Shown piece by piece: positions 22,506-36,977 of a DNA stretch of 64,000 nucleotides (the stretch's first letter is position 1; each line of letters begins with the position of its first letter). The notes beneath the pieces are model-generated. The model searched no databases. It worked only from the letters and a program-made list of their open reading frames with translations, and had not been told where the DNA came from. The position numbers and the translations under genes were made by a program. The stretch covers positions 62,001 to 126,000 of the forward strand of contig JBHGNT010000066.1 in the NCBI GenBank assembly GCA_043228905.1, in the 5' to 3' direction. The DNA comes from Azolla caroliniana. Taxonomy: Eukaryota > Plantae > Polypodiophyta.

Positions 22506-25500
22506 GTAACAACGCTAGCTATGATATGGAATTCAAAAATCAAGATTTTCAAACTCAGGTCGAGAGACATGACGAAATTAGCAAACATGAGTAGTGAGTT
22601 GAGAGGAGCCCTTGAGTAAATTAAAATGTTCATACCTGGCTCGTGTGATATCGGATTTTTGTGTTCAAACATGCGAATCGAAGCTAACAACGCTAGCTAT
22701 GATATGGAATTCAAAAATCAAGATTTTGAAACTCAGGTCGAGAGACATGACGAAATTACCAAATTTGAGGAGTGAGTTGAGAGGAGCCCTTGAGTAAATT
22801 AAAATGTTCATACCTGGCTCGTGTAATATCCGATTTTTGTGTTCAAACATGCGAATTGATGCTAGCAACGCTAGCTATGATATGGAATTAATAAATCAAG
22901 ATTTTTAAACTCAGGTCGAGAGACATGATGAAATTACCAAACATAGGGAGGGAGTTGAGAGGAACCCTTGAGTAAATTAAAATGTTCATACCTGGCTCGT
23001 GTGATATCGGATTTTTGTGTTCAAACATGCGAATCGAGGCTAACAACGCTAGCTATGATATGGAATTCAAAAATCAAGATTTTGAAACTCAGGTGGAGAG
23101 ACATGATGAAATTACCAAACATAGGGAGGGAGTTGAGAGGAACCCTTGAGTAAATTAAAATGTTCATACCTGGCTCGTGTGATATCGGATTTTTGTGTTC
23201 AAACATGCGAATCGAAGCTAACAACGCTAGCTATGATATGGAATTCAAAAATCAAGATTTTGAAACTCAGGTCGAGAGACATGATGAAATTACCAAATTT
23301 GAGGAGTGAGTTGAGAGGAACCCTTGAGTAAATTAAAATGTTCATACCTGGCTCGTGTGATATCGGATTTTTGTGTTCAAACATGCGAATCGAAGCTAAC
23401 AACGCTAGCTATGATATGGAATTCAAAAATCAAGATTTTGAAACTCAGGTCGAGAGACATGACGAAATTACCAAATTTGAGGAGTGAGTTGAGAGGAGCC
23501 CTTGAGTAAATTAAAATGTTCATACCTAGCGCGTGTAATATCCGATTTTTGTGTTCAAACATGCGAATCGAAGCTAACAACGCTAGCTATGATATAGAAT
23601 TAAAAAATCAAGATTTTGAAACTCAGGTCGAGAGACGTGACCGAATTAGCAAATTTGAGGAGGGAGTTGAGAGGAGCCCTTGAGTAAATTAAAATGTTCA
23701 TACCTAGCGCGTGTAATATCCGATTTTTGTGTTCAAACATGCGAATCGAAGCTAACAACGCTAGCTATGATATGGAATTAATAAATCAAGATTTTGAAAC
23801 TCAGGTCGAGAGAAATGATGAAATTACCAAATTTGAGGAGTGAGTTGAGAGGAACCCTTGAGTAAATTAAAATGTTCATACCTGGCTCGTGTAATATCGG
23901 ATTTTTGTGTTCAAACATGCGAATCGAAGCTAACAACGCTAGCTATGATATGGAATTAATAAATCCAGATTTTGAAACTCAGGTCGAGAGACATGATGAA
24001 ATTACCAAATTTGAGGAGTGAGTTGAGAGGAACCCTTGAGTAAATTAAAATGTTCATACCTGGCTCGTGTGATATCGGATTTTTGTGTTCAAACATGCGA
24101 ATCGAAGCTAACAACGCTAGCTATGATATGGAATTAAAAAATCAAGATTTTGAAACTCAGGTCGAGAGACATGATGAAATTACCAAACATGAGGAGTGAG
24201 TTGAGAGGAGCCCTTGAGTAAATTAAAATGTTCATACCTGGCTCGTGTGATATCGGATTTTTGTGTCCAAACATGCGAATCGAAGCTAACAACGCTAGCT
24301 ATGATATGGAATTAATAAATCAAGATTTTGAAACTCAGGTCGAGAGAGATGACGAAATTAGCAAATTTGAGGAGTGAGTTGAGAGGAACCCTTGAATAAA
24401 TTAAAATGTTCATACCTAGCGCGTGTAATATCCGATTTTTGTGTTCAAACATGCGAATCGAAGCTAACAACGCTAGCTATGATATGGAATTAATAAATCC
24501 AGATTTTGAAACTCAGGTCGAGAGACATGATGAAATTACCAAATTTGAGGAGTGAGTTGAGAGGAACCCTTGAGTAAATTAAAATGTTTATACCTGGCTC
24601 GTGTGATATCGGATTTTTGTGTTCAAACATGCGAATCGAAGCTAACAACGCTAGCTATGATATGGAATTCAAAAATCAAGATTTTGAAACTCAGGTCGAG
24701 AGACATGATGAAATTACCAAACATGAGGAGTGAGTTGAGAGGAGCCCTTGAGTAAATTAAAATGTTCATACCTGGCTCGTGTGATATCGGATTTTTGTGT
24801 CCAAACATGCGAATCGAAGCTAACAACGCTAGCTATGATATGGAATTCAAAAATCAAGATTTTGAAACTCAGGTCGAGAGAGATGACGAAATTAGCAAAC
24901 ATGAGTAGTGAGTTGAGAGGAGCGCTTGAGTAAATTAAAATGTTCATACCTGGCTCATGTGATATCGGATTTTTGTGTTCAAACATGCGAATCGAAGCTA
25001 ACAACGCTAGCTATGATATGAAATTCAAAAATCAAGATTTTGAAACTCAGGTCGAGAGACATGATGAAATTACCAAATTTGAGGAGTGAGTTGAGAGGAA
25101 CCCTTGAGTAAATTAAAATGTTCATACCTGGCTCGTGTGATATCGGATTTTTGTGTATGGAATTAATAAATCAAGATTTTGAAACTCAGGTCGAGAGACA
25201 TGATGAAATTACCAAACATAGGGAGGGAGTTGAGAGGAACCCTTGAGTAAATTAAAATGTTCATACCTGGCTCGTGTGATATCGGATTTTTGTGTTCAAA
25301 CATGCGAATCGAAGGTAACAACGCTAGCTATGATATGGAATTCAAAAATCAAGATTTTCAAACTCAGGTCGAGAGACATGACGAAATTAGCAAACATGAG
25401 TAGTGAGTTGAGAGGAGCCCTTGAGTAAATTAAAATGTTCATACCTGGCTCGTGTGATATCGGATTTTTGTGTTCAAACATGCGAATCGAAGCTAACAAC

Positions 25501-28500
25501 GCTAGCTATGATATGGAATTCAAAAATCAAGATTTTGAAACTCAGGTCGAGAGACATGACGAAATTACCAAATTTGAGGAGTGAGTTGAGAGGAGCCCTT
25601 GAGTAAATTAAAATGTTCATACCTGGCTCGTGTAATATCCGATTTTTGTGTTCAAACATGCGAATTGATGCTAGCAACGCTAGCTATGATATGGAATTAA
25701 TAAATCAAGATTTTTAAACTCAGGTCGAGAGACATGATGAAATTACCAAACATAGGGAGGGAGTTGAGAGGAACCCTTGAGTAAATTAAAATGTTCATAC
25801 CTGGCTCGTGTGATATCGGATTTTTGTGTTCAAACATGCGAATCGAGGCTAACAACGCTAGCTATGATATGGAATTCAAAAATCAAGATTTTGAAACTCA
25901 GGTGGAGAGACATGATGAAATTACCAAACATAGGGAGGGAGTTGAGAGGAACCCTTGAGTAAATTAAAATGTTCATACCTGGCTCGTGTGATATCGGATT
26001 TTTGTGTTCAAACATGCGAATCGAAGCTAACAACGCTAGCTATGATATGGAATTCAAAAATCAAGATTTTGAAACTCAGGTCGAGAGACATGATGAAATT
26101 ACCAAATTTGAGGAGTGAGTTGAGAGGAACCCTTGAGTAAATTAAAATGTTCATACCTGGCTCGTGTGATATCGGATTTTTGTGTTCAAACATGCGAATC
26201 GAAGCTAACAACGCTAGCTATGATATGGAATTCAAAAATCAAGATTTTGAAACTCAGGTCGAGAGACATGACGAAATTACCAAATTTGAGGAGTGAGTTG
26301 AGAGGAGCCCTTGAGTAAATTAAAATGTTCATACCTAGCGCGTGTAATATCCGATTTTTGTGTTCAAACATGCGAATCGAAGCTAACAACGCTAGCTATG
26401 ATATAGAATTAAAAAATCAAGATTTTGAAACTCAGGTCGAGAGACGTGACCGAATTAGCAAATTTGAGGAGGGAGTTGAGAGGAGCCCTTGAGTAAATTA
26501 AAATGTTCATACCTAGCGCGTGTAATATCCGATTTTTGTGTTCAAACATGCGAATCGAAGCTAACAACGCTAGCTATGATATGGAATTAATAAATCAAGA
26601 TTTTGAAACTCAGGTCGAGAGAAATGATGAAATTACCAAATTTGAGGAGTGAGTTGAGAGGAACCCTTGAGTAAATTAAAATGTTCATACCTGGCTCGTG
26701 TAATATCGGATTTTTGTGTTCAAACATGCGAATCGAAGCTAACAACGCTAGCTATGATATGGAATTAATAAATCCAGATTTTGAAACTCAGGTCGAGAGA
26801 CATGATGAAATTACCAAATTTGAGGAGTGAGTTGAGAGGAACCCTTGAGTAAATTAAAATGTTCATACCTGGCTCGTGTGATATCGGATTTTTGTGTTCA
26901 AACATGCGAATCGAAGCTAACAACGCTAGCTATGATATGGAATTAAAAAATCAAGATTTTGAAACTCAGGTCGAGAGACATGATGAAATTACCAAACATG
27001 AGGAGTGAGTTGAGAGGAGCCCTTGAGTAAATTAAAATGTTCATACCTGGCTCGTGTGATATCGGATTTTTGTGTCCAAACATGCGAATCGAAGCTAACA
27101 ACGCTAGCTATGATATGGCATTAATAAATCAAGATTTTGAAACTCAGGTCGAGAGAGATGACGAAATTAGCAAATTTGAGGAGTGAGTTGAGAGGAACCC
27201 TTGAATAAATTAAAATGTTCATACCTAGCGCGTGTAATATCCGATTTTTGTGTTCAAACATGCGAATCGAAGCTAACAACGCTAGCTATGATATGGAATT
27301 AATAAATCCAGATTTTGAAACTCAGGTCGAGAGACATGATGAAATTACCAAATTTGAGGAGTGAGTTGAGAGGAACCCTTGAGTAAATTAAAATGTTTAT
27401 ACCTGGCTCGTGTGATATCGGATTTTTGTGTTCAAACATGCGAATCGAAGCTAACAACGCTAGCTATGATATGGAATTCAAAAATCAAGATTTTGAAACT
27501 CAGGTCGAGAGACATGATGAAATTACCAAACATGAGGAGTGAGTTGAGAGGAGCCCTTGAGTAAATTAAAATGTTCATACCTGGCTCGTGTGATATCGGA
27601 TTTTTGTGTCCAAACATGCGAATCGAAGCTAACAACGCTAGCTATGATATGGAATTCAAAAATCAAGATTTTGAAACTCAGGTCGAGAGAGATGACGAAA
27701 TTAGCAAACATGAGTAGTGAGTTGAGAGGAGCGCTTGAGTAAATTAAAATGTTCATACCTGGCTCATGTGATATCGGATTTTTGTGTTCAAACATGCGAA
27801 TCGAAGCTAACAACGCTAGCTATGATATGAAATTCAAAAATCAAGATTTTGAAACTCAGGTCGAGAGACATGATGAAATTACCAAATTTGAGGAGTGAGT
27901 TGAGAGGAACCCTTGAGTAAATTAAAATGTTCATACCTGGCTCGTGTGATATCGGATTTTTGTGTATGGAATTAATAAATCAAGATTTTGAAACTCAGGT
28001 CGAGAGACATGATGAAATTACCAAACATAGGGAGGGAGTTGAGAGGAACCCTTGAGTAAATTAAAATGTTCATACCTGGCTCGTGTGATATCGGATTTTT
28101 GTGTTCAAACATGCGAATCGAAGGTAACAACGCTAGCTATGATATGGAATTCAAAAATCAAGATTTTCAAACTCAGGTCGAGAGACATGACGAAATTAGC
28201 AAACATGAGTAGTGAGTTGAGAGGAGCCCTTGAGTAAATTAAAATGTTCATACCTGGCTCGTGTGATATCGGATTTTTGTGTTCAAACATGCGAATCGAA
28301 GCTAACAACGCTAGCTATGATATGGAATTCAAAAATCAAGATTTTGAAACTCAGGTCGAGAGACATGACGAAATTACCAAATTTGAGGAGTGAGTTGAGA
28401 GGAGCCCTTGAGTAAATTAAAATGTTCATACCTGGCTCGTGTAATATCCGATTTTTGTGTTCAAACATGCGAATTGATGCTAGCAACGCTAGCTATGATA

Positions 28501-30932
28501 TGGAATTAATAAATCAAGATTTTTAAACTCAGGTCGAGAGACATGATGAAATTACCAAACATAGGGAGGGAGTTGAGAGGAACCCTTGAGTAAATTAAAA
28601 TGTTCATACCTGGCTCGTGTGATATCGGATTTTTGTGTTCAAACATGCGAATCGAGGCTAACAACGCTAGCTATGATATGGAATTCAAAAATCAAGATTT
28701 TGAAACTCAGGTGGAGAGACATGATGAAATTACCAAACATAGGGAGGGAGTTGAGAGGAACCCTTGAGTAAATTAAAATGTTCATACCTGGCTCGTGTGA
28801 TATCGGATTTTTGTGTTCAAACATGCGAATCGAAGCTAACAACGCTAGCTATGATATGGAATTCAAAAATCAAGATTTTGAAACTCAGGTCGAGAGACAT
28901 GATGAAATTACCAAATTTGAGGAGTGAGTTGAGAGGAACCCTTGAGTAAATTAAAATGTTCATACCTGGCTCGTGTGATATCGGATTTTTGTGTTCAAAC
29001 ATGCGAATCGAAGCTAACAACGCTAGCTATGATATGGAATTCAAAAATCAAGATTTTGAAACTCAGGTCGAGAGACATGACGAAATTACCAAATTTGAGG
29101 AGTGAGTTGAGAGGAGCCCTTGAGTAAATTAAAATGTTCATACCTAGCGCGTGTAATATCCGATTTTTGTGTTCAAACATGCGAATCGAAGCTAACAACG
29201 CTAGCTATGATATAGAATTAAAAAATCAAGATTTTGAAACTCAGGTCGAGAGACGTGACCGAATTAGCAAATTTGAGGAGGGAGTTGAGAGGAGCCCTTG
29301 AGTAAATTAAAATGTTCATACCTAGCGCGTGTAATATCCGATTTTTGTGTTCAAACATGCGAATCGAAGCTAACAACGCTAGCTATGATATGGAATTAAT
29401 AAATCAAGATTTTGAAACTCAGGTCGAGAGAAATGATGAAATTACCAAATTTGAGGAGTGAGTTGAGAGGAACCCTTGAGTAAATTAAAATGTTCATACC
29501 TGGCTCGTGTAATATCGGATTTTTGTGTTCAAACATGCGAATCGAAGCTAACAACGCTAGCTATGATATGGAATTAATAAATCCAGATTTTGAAACTCAG
29601 GTCGAGAGACATGATGAAATTACCAAATTTGAGGAGTGAGTTGAGAGGAACCCTTGAGTAAATTAAAATGTTCATACCTGGCTCGTGTGATATCGGATTT
29701 TTGTGTTCAAACATGCGAATCGAAGCTAACAACGCTAGCTATGATATGGAATTAAAAAATCAAGATTTTGAAACTCAGGTCGAGAGACATGATGAAATTA
29801 CCAAACATGAGGAGTGAGTTGAGAGGAGCCCTTGAGTAAATTAAAATGTTCATACCTGGCTCGTGTGATATCGGATTTTTGTGTCCAAACATGCGAATCG
29901 AAGCTAACAACGCTAGCTATGATATGGAATTAATAAATCAAGATTTTGAAACTCAGGTCGAGAGAGATGACGAAATTAGCAAATTTGAGGAGTGAGTTGA
30001 GAGGAACCCTTGAATAAATTAAAATGTTCATACCTAGCGCGTGTAATATCCGATTTTTGTGTTCAAACATGCGAATCGAAGCTAACAACGCTAGCTATGA
30101 TATGGAATTAATAAATCCAGATTTTGAAACTCAGGTCGAGAGACATGATGAAATTACCAAATTTGAGGAGTGAGTTGAGAGGAACCCTTGAGTAAATTAA
30201 AATGTTTATACCTGGCTCGTGTGATATCGGATTTTTGTGTTCAAACATGCGAATCGAAGCTAACAACGCTAGCTATGATATGGAATTCAAAAATCAAGAT
30301 TTTGAAACTCAGGTCGAGAGACATGATGAAATTACCAAACATGAGGAGTGAGTTGAGAGGAGCCCTTGAGTAAATTAAAATGTTCATACCTGGCTCGTGT
30401 GATATCGGATTTTTGTGTCCAAACATGCGAATCGAAGCTAACAACGCTAGCTATGATATGGAATTCAAAAATCAAGATTTTGAAACTCAGGTCGAGAGAG
30501 ATGACGAAATTAGCAAACATGAGTAGTGAGTTGAGAGGAGCGCTTGAGTAAATTAAAATGTTCATACCTGGCTCATGTGATATCGGATTTTTGTGTTCAA
30601 ACATGCGAATCGAAGCTAACAACGCTAGCTATGATATGAAATTCAAAAATCAAGATTTTGAAACTCAGGTCGAGAGACATGATGAAATTACCAAATTTGA
30701 GGAGTGAGTTGAGAGGAACCCTTGAGTAAATTAAAATGTTCATACCTGGCTCGTGTGATATCGGATTTTTGTGTATGGAATTAATAAATCAAGATTTTGA
30801 AACTCAGGTCGAGAGACATGATGAAATTACCAAACATAGGGAGGGAGTTGAGAGGAACCCTTGAGTAAATTAAAATGTTCATACCTGGCTCGTGTGATAT
30901 CGGATTTTTGTGTTCAAACATGCGAATCGAAG
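22482..30932 (+). repeat. 16-monomer HOR, period 2809 bp (15x178+139), 3 near-identical tandem copies
   Basis: ORF sets at 22612/25421/28230 and 24714/27523/30332 are offset by 2809. The same 39-bp deletion junction TTGTGT|ATGGAATT occurs at 25156, 27965 and 30774. Confidence 0.95.
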
Positions 30933-32040
30933 CTAACAACGTTAGCTATGATATGGAATTCAAAAATCAAGATTTTGAAACTCAGGTCGAGAGACATGAC
31001 GAAATTACCAAATTTGAGAAGTGAGTTGAGAGGAGCCCTTGAGTAAATTAAAATGTTCATACCTGGCTCGTATAATATCCGATTTTTGTGTTCAAACATG
31101 CAAATCGAAGCTAACAACGCTAGCTATGATATGGAATTAATAAATCAAGATTCTTAAACTCAGGTCGAGAGACATGATGAAATTACCAAATTTGAGGAGC
31201 GAGTTGAGAGGAGCGCTTGAGTAAATTAAAATGTTCATACCTGGCTCGTGTGATATCCGATTTTTGTGTTCAAACATGCGAATCGAGGCTAACAACGCTA
31301 GCTATGATATGGAATTCAAAAATCCAGATTTTGAAACTCAGGTGGAGAGACATGACGAAATTAGCAAATTTGAGGAGTGAGTTGAGAGGAACCCTTGAGT
31401 AAATTAAAATGTTCATACCTAGCGCGTGTAATATCCGATTTTTGTGTTCAAACATGCGAATCGAAGCTAACAACGCTAGCTATGATATGGAATTAATAAA
31501 TCCAGATTTTGAAACTCAGGTCGAGAGACATGATGAAATTACCAAATTTGAGGAGTGAGTTGAGAGGAACCCTTGAGTAAATTAAAATGTTCATACCTGG
31601 CTCGTGTGATATCGGATTTTTGTGTTCAAACATGCGAATCGAAGCTAACGACGTTAGCTATGATATGGAATTAATAAATCAAGATTTTGAAACTCAGGTC
31701 GAGAGACATGATGAAATTACCAAATTTGAGGAGTGAGTTGAGAGGACCCCTTGAGTAAATTAAAATGTTCATACCTGGCTCGTGTAATATCCGATTTTTG
31801 TGTTCAAACATGCGAATCGAAGCTAACAACGCTAGCTATGATATGGAATTCAAAAATCAAGATTTTTAAACTCAGGTCGAGAGACATGATGAAATTACCA
31901 AATTTGAGGAGTGAGTTGAGAGGAACCCTTGAGTAAATTAAAATGTTCATACCTGGCTCGTGTGATATCGGATTTTTGTGTTCAAACATGCGAATCGAAG
32001 CTAACAACACTAGCTATGATATGGAATTCAAATATAAAGA
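30933..32040 (+). repeat. Non-HOR monomers of the same subfamily as the 16-mer
   Basis: They share the diagnostic alleles AATTAATAAATC, GTGTAATATCCG, CCTAGCGCGTG and GGAACCCTT, but are not in 2809-bp register and carry extra private SNPs. Confidence 0.75.
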
Positions 32041-35000
32041 TTTTGAAACTCAGGTCGAGAGACATGACGAAATTAGCAAACATGAGGAGTGAGTTGAGAG
32101 GAGCCCTTGAGTAAATTAAAATGTTTATACCTGGCGAATGTTATATCGGATTTTTGTGTAGAAGCATGCGAGTCGAAGCTAACAACGCTAGCTATGATAT
32201 GGAATTCAAAAATCAAGATTTTGAAACTCAGGTCGAGAGACATGACGAAATTAGCAAACATGAGGAGTGAGTTGAGAGGAGCCCTTGAGTAAATTAAAAT
32301 GTTCATACCTGGCTCGTGTGATATCGGATTTTTGTGTTCAAACATGCGATTCGAAGCTAACAACGCTAGCTATGATATGGAATTAAAAAATCAAGATTTT
32401 GAAACTCAGGTCGACAGACACGACGAAATTAGCAAACATGAGGAGTGAGTTGGAAGAGCTAGTAGGTAAATTAAAATGTTCATACCTGGCTCGTGTGATA
32501 TCGAAGTTTTGTGTTCAAACATGCGAATCGAAGCTAACAACGCTAGCTATGATATGGAATTAAAATATAAAGATTTTGAAACTCAGGTCGACAGACATGA
32601 CGAAATTAGCAAACATGAGGAGTGAGTTGAGAGGAGCCCTTGAGTAAATTAAAATGTTCATACCTGGCGAGTGTGATATCGGATTTTTGTGTTCAAACAT
32701 GAGAATCGAAGCTAACAACGCTAGCTATGATATGGAATTAACAAATCATGATTTTGAAACTCAGATCGAGAGACATGACGAAATTACCAAATTTGAGGAG
32801 TGAGTTGAGAGGAGCCCTTGAGTAAATTAAAATATTCATACCTGGCGAGTGTGATATCGGATTTTTGTGTACAAACATGCGAATCGAAGCTAACAACGCT
32901 AGCTATGATATGGAATTTAAAAATCAAGATTTTGAAACTCAGGTCAAGAGACATGACGATATTAGCAAACATGAGGATTCAGTTGAGAGGAGCCCTTGAC
33001 TAAATTAAAATGTTCATACCTAGCGAGTGTGATATCGGATTTTTGTGTACAAACATGCGAATCGAAGCTAACAACGCTAGCTATGATATAGAATTAAAAA
33101 ATCAAGATTTTGAAACTCAAGTCGAGAGACATGACGAAATTACCAAATTTGAGGAGTGAGTTGAGAGGAGCCCTTGAGTAAATTAAAATGTTCATACCTG
33201 GGGAGTGTGATATCGGATTTTTGTGTACAAACATTCGAATCGAAGCTAACAATGCTAGCTATGATATGGAATTAAAAAATCAAGATTTTGAAACTCAGGT
33301 CGAGAGACATGACGAAATTACCAAATTTGAGGAGTGAGGTTGGAAGAGCCAGTAGGTAAATTAAAATGTTCATACCTGGCGAGTGTGATATCGGATTTTT
33401 GTGTTCAAACATGCGAATCGAAGCTAACAACGCTAGCTATGATATGGAATTAAAAAATCAAGATTTTGAAACTCAGGTCGAGAGACATGATGAAATTAGC
33501 AAACATGAGGGGTGAGTTGAGAGGAGCCCTTGAGTAAATTAAAATGTTCATACCTGGCGAGTGTGATATCGGATTTTTGTGTTCAAACATGCGAATCGAA
33601 GCTAACAACGCTAGCTATGATATGGAATTCAAAAATCAAGATTTTGAAACTCAGGTCGAGAGACATGACGAGAGACATGAGGAATGAGTTGAGAGGAGCC
33701 CTTGAGTAAATTCAAATGTTCATACCTGGCGAGTGTAATATCGGATTTTTGTGTACAAGCATGCGAGACGAAGCTAACAACGCTAGCTATGATATGGAAT
33801 TCAAAAATCAAAATTTTGAAACTCAGGTCGAGAGACATGACGAAATTAGCAAACATGAGGAGTGAGTTGAGAGGAGCCCTTGAGTAAATTAAAATGTTCA
33901 TACCTGGCTCGTGTGATATCGGATTTTTGTGTTCAAACATGCGATTCGAAGCTAGCAACGCTAGCTATGATATGGAATTAAAAAATCAAGATTTTGAAAC
34001 TCAGGTCGAGAGACATGACGAAATTACCAAATTTGAGGAGTGAGTTGAGAGGAGCCCTTGAGTAAATTAAAATGTTCATACCTGGTGAGTGTGATATCGG
34101 ATTTTTGTGTACAAACATTCGAATCGAAGCTAACAATGCTAGCTATGATATGGAATTAAAAAATCAAGATTTTGAAACTCAGGTCGAGAGACATGACGAA
34201 ATTACCAAATTTGAGGACTAAGGCTGGAAGAGCCAGGAGGTAAATTAAAATGTTCATCCCTGGCGAGTGTGATATCGGATTTTTGTGTTCAAACATGCGA
34301 ATCGAAGCTAACAACGCTAGCTATGATATGGAATTAATAAATCAAGATTTTGAAACTCAGGTCGAGAGACATGATGAAATTAGCAAACATGAGGGGTGAG
34401 TTGAGAGGAGCCCTTGAGTAAATTAAAATGTTCATACCTGGCGAGTGTGATATCGGATTTTTGTGTTCAAACATGGGAATCGAAGCTAACAACGCTAGCT
34501 ATGATATGAAATTCAAAAATCAAGATTTTGAAACTCAGGTCGAGAGACATGACGAAATTAGCAAACATGAGGAGGGAGTTCAGAGGAACCATTGAGTAAA
34601 TTAAAATGTTCATACCTGGCTCGTGTGATATCGGATTTTTGTGTTCAAACATGCGAATCGAAGCTAACAACGCTAGCTATGATATGGAATTAACAAATCA
34701 AGATTTTGAAACTCAGGTCGAGAGACATGACGAACTTAACAAACATGAGGAGTGAGTTGAGAGGAGCCCTTGAGTAAATTAAAATGTTCATACCTAGCGA
34801 GTGTGATATCGGATTTTTGTGTTCAAACATGCGAATCGAAGCTAACAACGCTAGCTATGATATGGAATTCAAAAATCAAGATTTTGAAACTCAGGTCGAG
34901 AGACATGACGAAATTAGCAAACATGAGGAGGGAGTTTAGAGGAACCATTGAGTAAATTAAAATGTTTATACCTGGCTCGTGTGATATCGGATTTTTGTGT

Positions 35001-36977
35001 TCAAACATGCGATTCGAAGCTAGCAACGCTAGCTATGATATGGAATTAAAAAATCAAGATTTTGAAACTCAGGTCGAGAGACATGACGAAATTACCAAAT
35101 TTGAGGAGTAAGTTGAGAGGAGCCCTTGAGTAAATTAAAATGTTCATACCTGGTGAGTGTGATATCGGATTTTTGTGTACAAACATTCGAATCGAAGCTA
35201 ACAATGCTAGCTATGATATGGAATTAAAAAATCAAGATTTTGAAACTCAGGTCGAGAGACATGACGAAATTACCAAATTTGAGGAGTGAGGTTGGAAGAG
35301 CCAGTAGGTAAATTAAAATGTTCATACCTGGCGAGTGTGATATCGGATTTTGGTGTTCAAACATGCGAATCGAAGCTAACAACGCTAGCTATGATATGGA
35401 ATTAAAAAATCAAGATTTTGAAACTCAGGTCGAGAGACATGATGAAATTAGCAAACATGAGGGCTAAGTTGAGAGGAGCCCTTGAGTAAATTAAAATGTT
35501 CATACCTGGCGAGTGTGATATCGGATTCTTGTGTTCAAACATGCGAATCGAAGCTAACAACGCTAGCTATGATATGGAATTCAAAAATCAAGATTTTGAA
35601 ACTCAGGTCGAGAGACATGACGAAATTAGCAAACATGAGGAGGGAGTTCAGAGGAACGTTTGAGTAAATTAAAATGTTCATACCTGGCGAGTGTGATATC
35701 GGATTTTTGTGTACAAGCATGCGAGTCGAAGCTAACAACGCTAGCTATGATATGGAATTCAAAAATCAAGATTTTGAAACTCAGGTCGAGAGACATGACG
35801 AAATTACCAAATTTGAGGAGTGAGTTGAGAGGAGCCCTTGAGTAAATTAAAATGTTCATACCTGGCGAGTGTGATATCTGATTTTTGTGTACAAACACGC
35901 GAATCGAAGCTAACAACGCTAGCTATGATATGGAGTTAACAAATCAAGATTTTGAAACTCAGGTCGAGAGACATGACGAAATTAGCAAACATGAGGATTC
36001 AGTTGAGAGGAGCCCTTCACTAAATTAAAATGTTCATACCTAGCGAGTGTGATATCGGATTTTTGTGTACAAACATGCGATTCGAAGCTAGCAACGCTAG
36101 CTATGATATGGAATTCAAAAATCAAGATTTTGAAACTCAGGTCGAGAGACATGACGAAATTACCAAATTTGAGGAGTGAGTTGAGAGGAGCCCTTGACTC
36201 AATTAAAATGTTCATACCTGGTGAGTGTGATATCGGATTTTTGTGTACAAACATTCGAATCGAAGCTAACAACGCTAGCTATGATATGGAATTAAAAAAT
36301 CAAGATTTTGAAACTCAGGTCGAGAGACATGACGAAATTACCAAATTTGAGGACTAAGGCTGGAAGAGCCAGGAGGTAAATTAAAATGTTCATACCTGGC
36401 GAGTGTGATATCGGATTTTTGTGTTCAAACATGCGAATCGAAGCTAACAACGCTAGCTATGATATGGAATTAAAAAATCAAGATTTTGAAACTCAGGTCG
36501 AGAGACATGATGAAATTAGCAAACATGAGGGGTGAGTTGAGAGGAGCCCATGAGTAAATTAAAATGTTCATACCTGGCGAGTGTGATATCGGATTTTTGT
36601 GTTCAAACATGCGAATCGAAGCTAACAACGCTAGCTATGATATGGAATTCAAAAATCAAGATTTTGAAACTCAGGTCGAGAGAGATGACGAAATTAGCAA
36701 ACATGAGGAGGGAGTTTAGAGGAACCTTTGAGTAAATGAAAATGTTCATACCTGGCTCGTGTGATATCGGATTTTTGTGTTCAAACATGCGAATCGAAGC
36801 TAACAACGCTACCTATGATATGGAATTAACAAATCAAGATTTTGAAACTCAGGTCGAGAGACATGACGAACTTAGCAAACATGAGGAGTGAGTTGAGAGG
36901 AGCCCTTGAGTAAATTAAAATGTTCATACCTAGCGAGTGTGATATCGGATTTCTGTGTTCAAACATGCGAATCGAAG
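32041..36977 (+). repeat. Satellite block X, copy 2
   Basis: It matches 17035-22505 at offset 14472, minus 3 monomers, and includes the 172-bp monomer and the rare alleles GTAGAAGCATG, GTCGACAGACACG and TCGAAGTTTT. Confidence 0.9.

Noticed and set aside
17035-36977. LTR retrotransposon suggested by 5-kb direct repeats around a 9.5-kb interior
   Set aside because: Repeats and interior are all satellite monomers, with no gag/pol, primer-binding site, TG..CA ends or target-site duplication.
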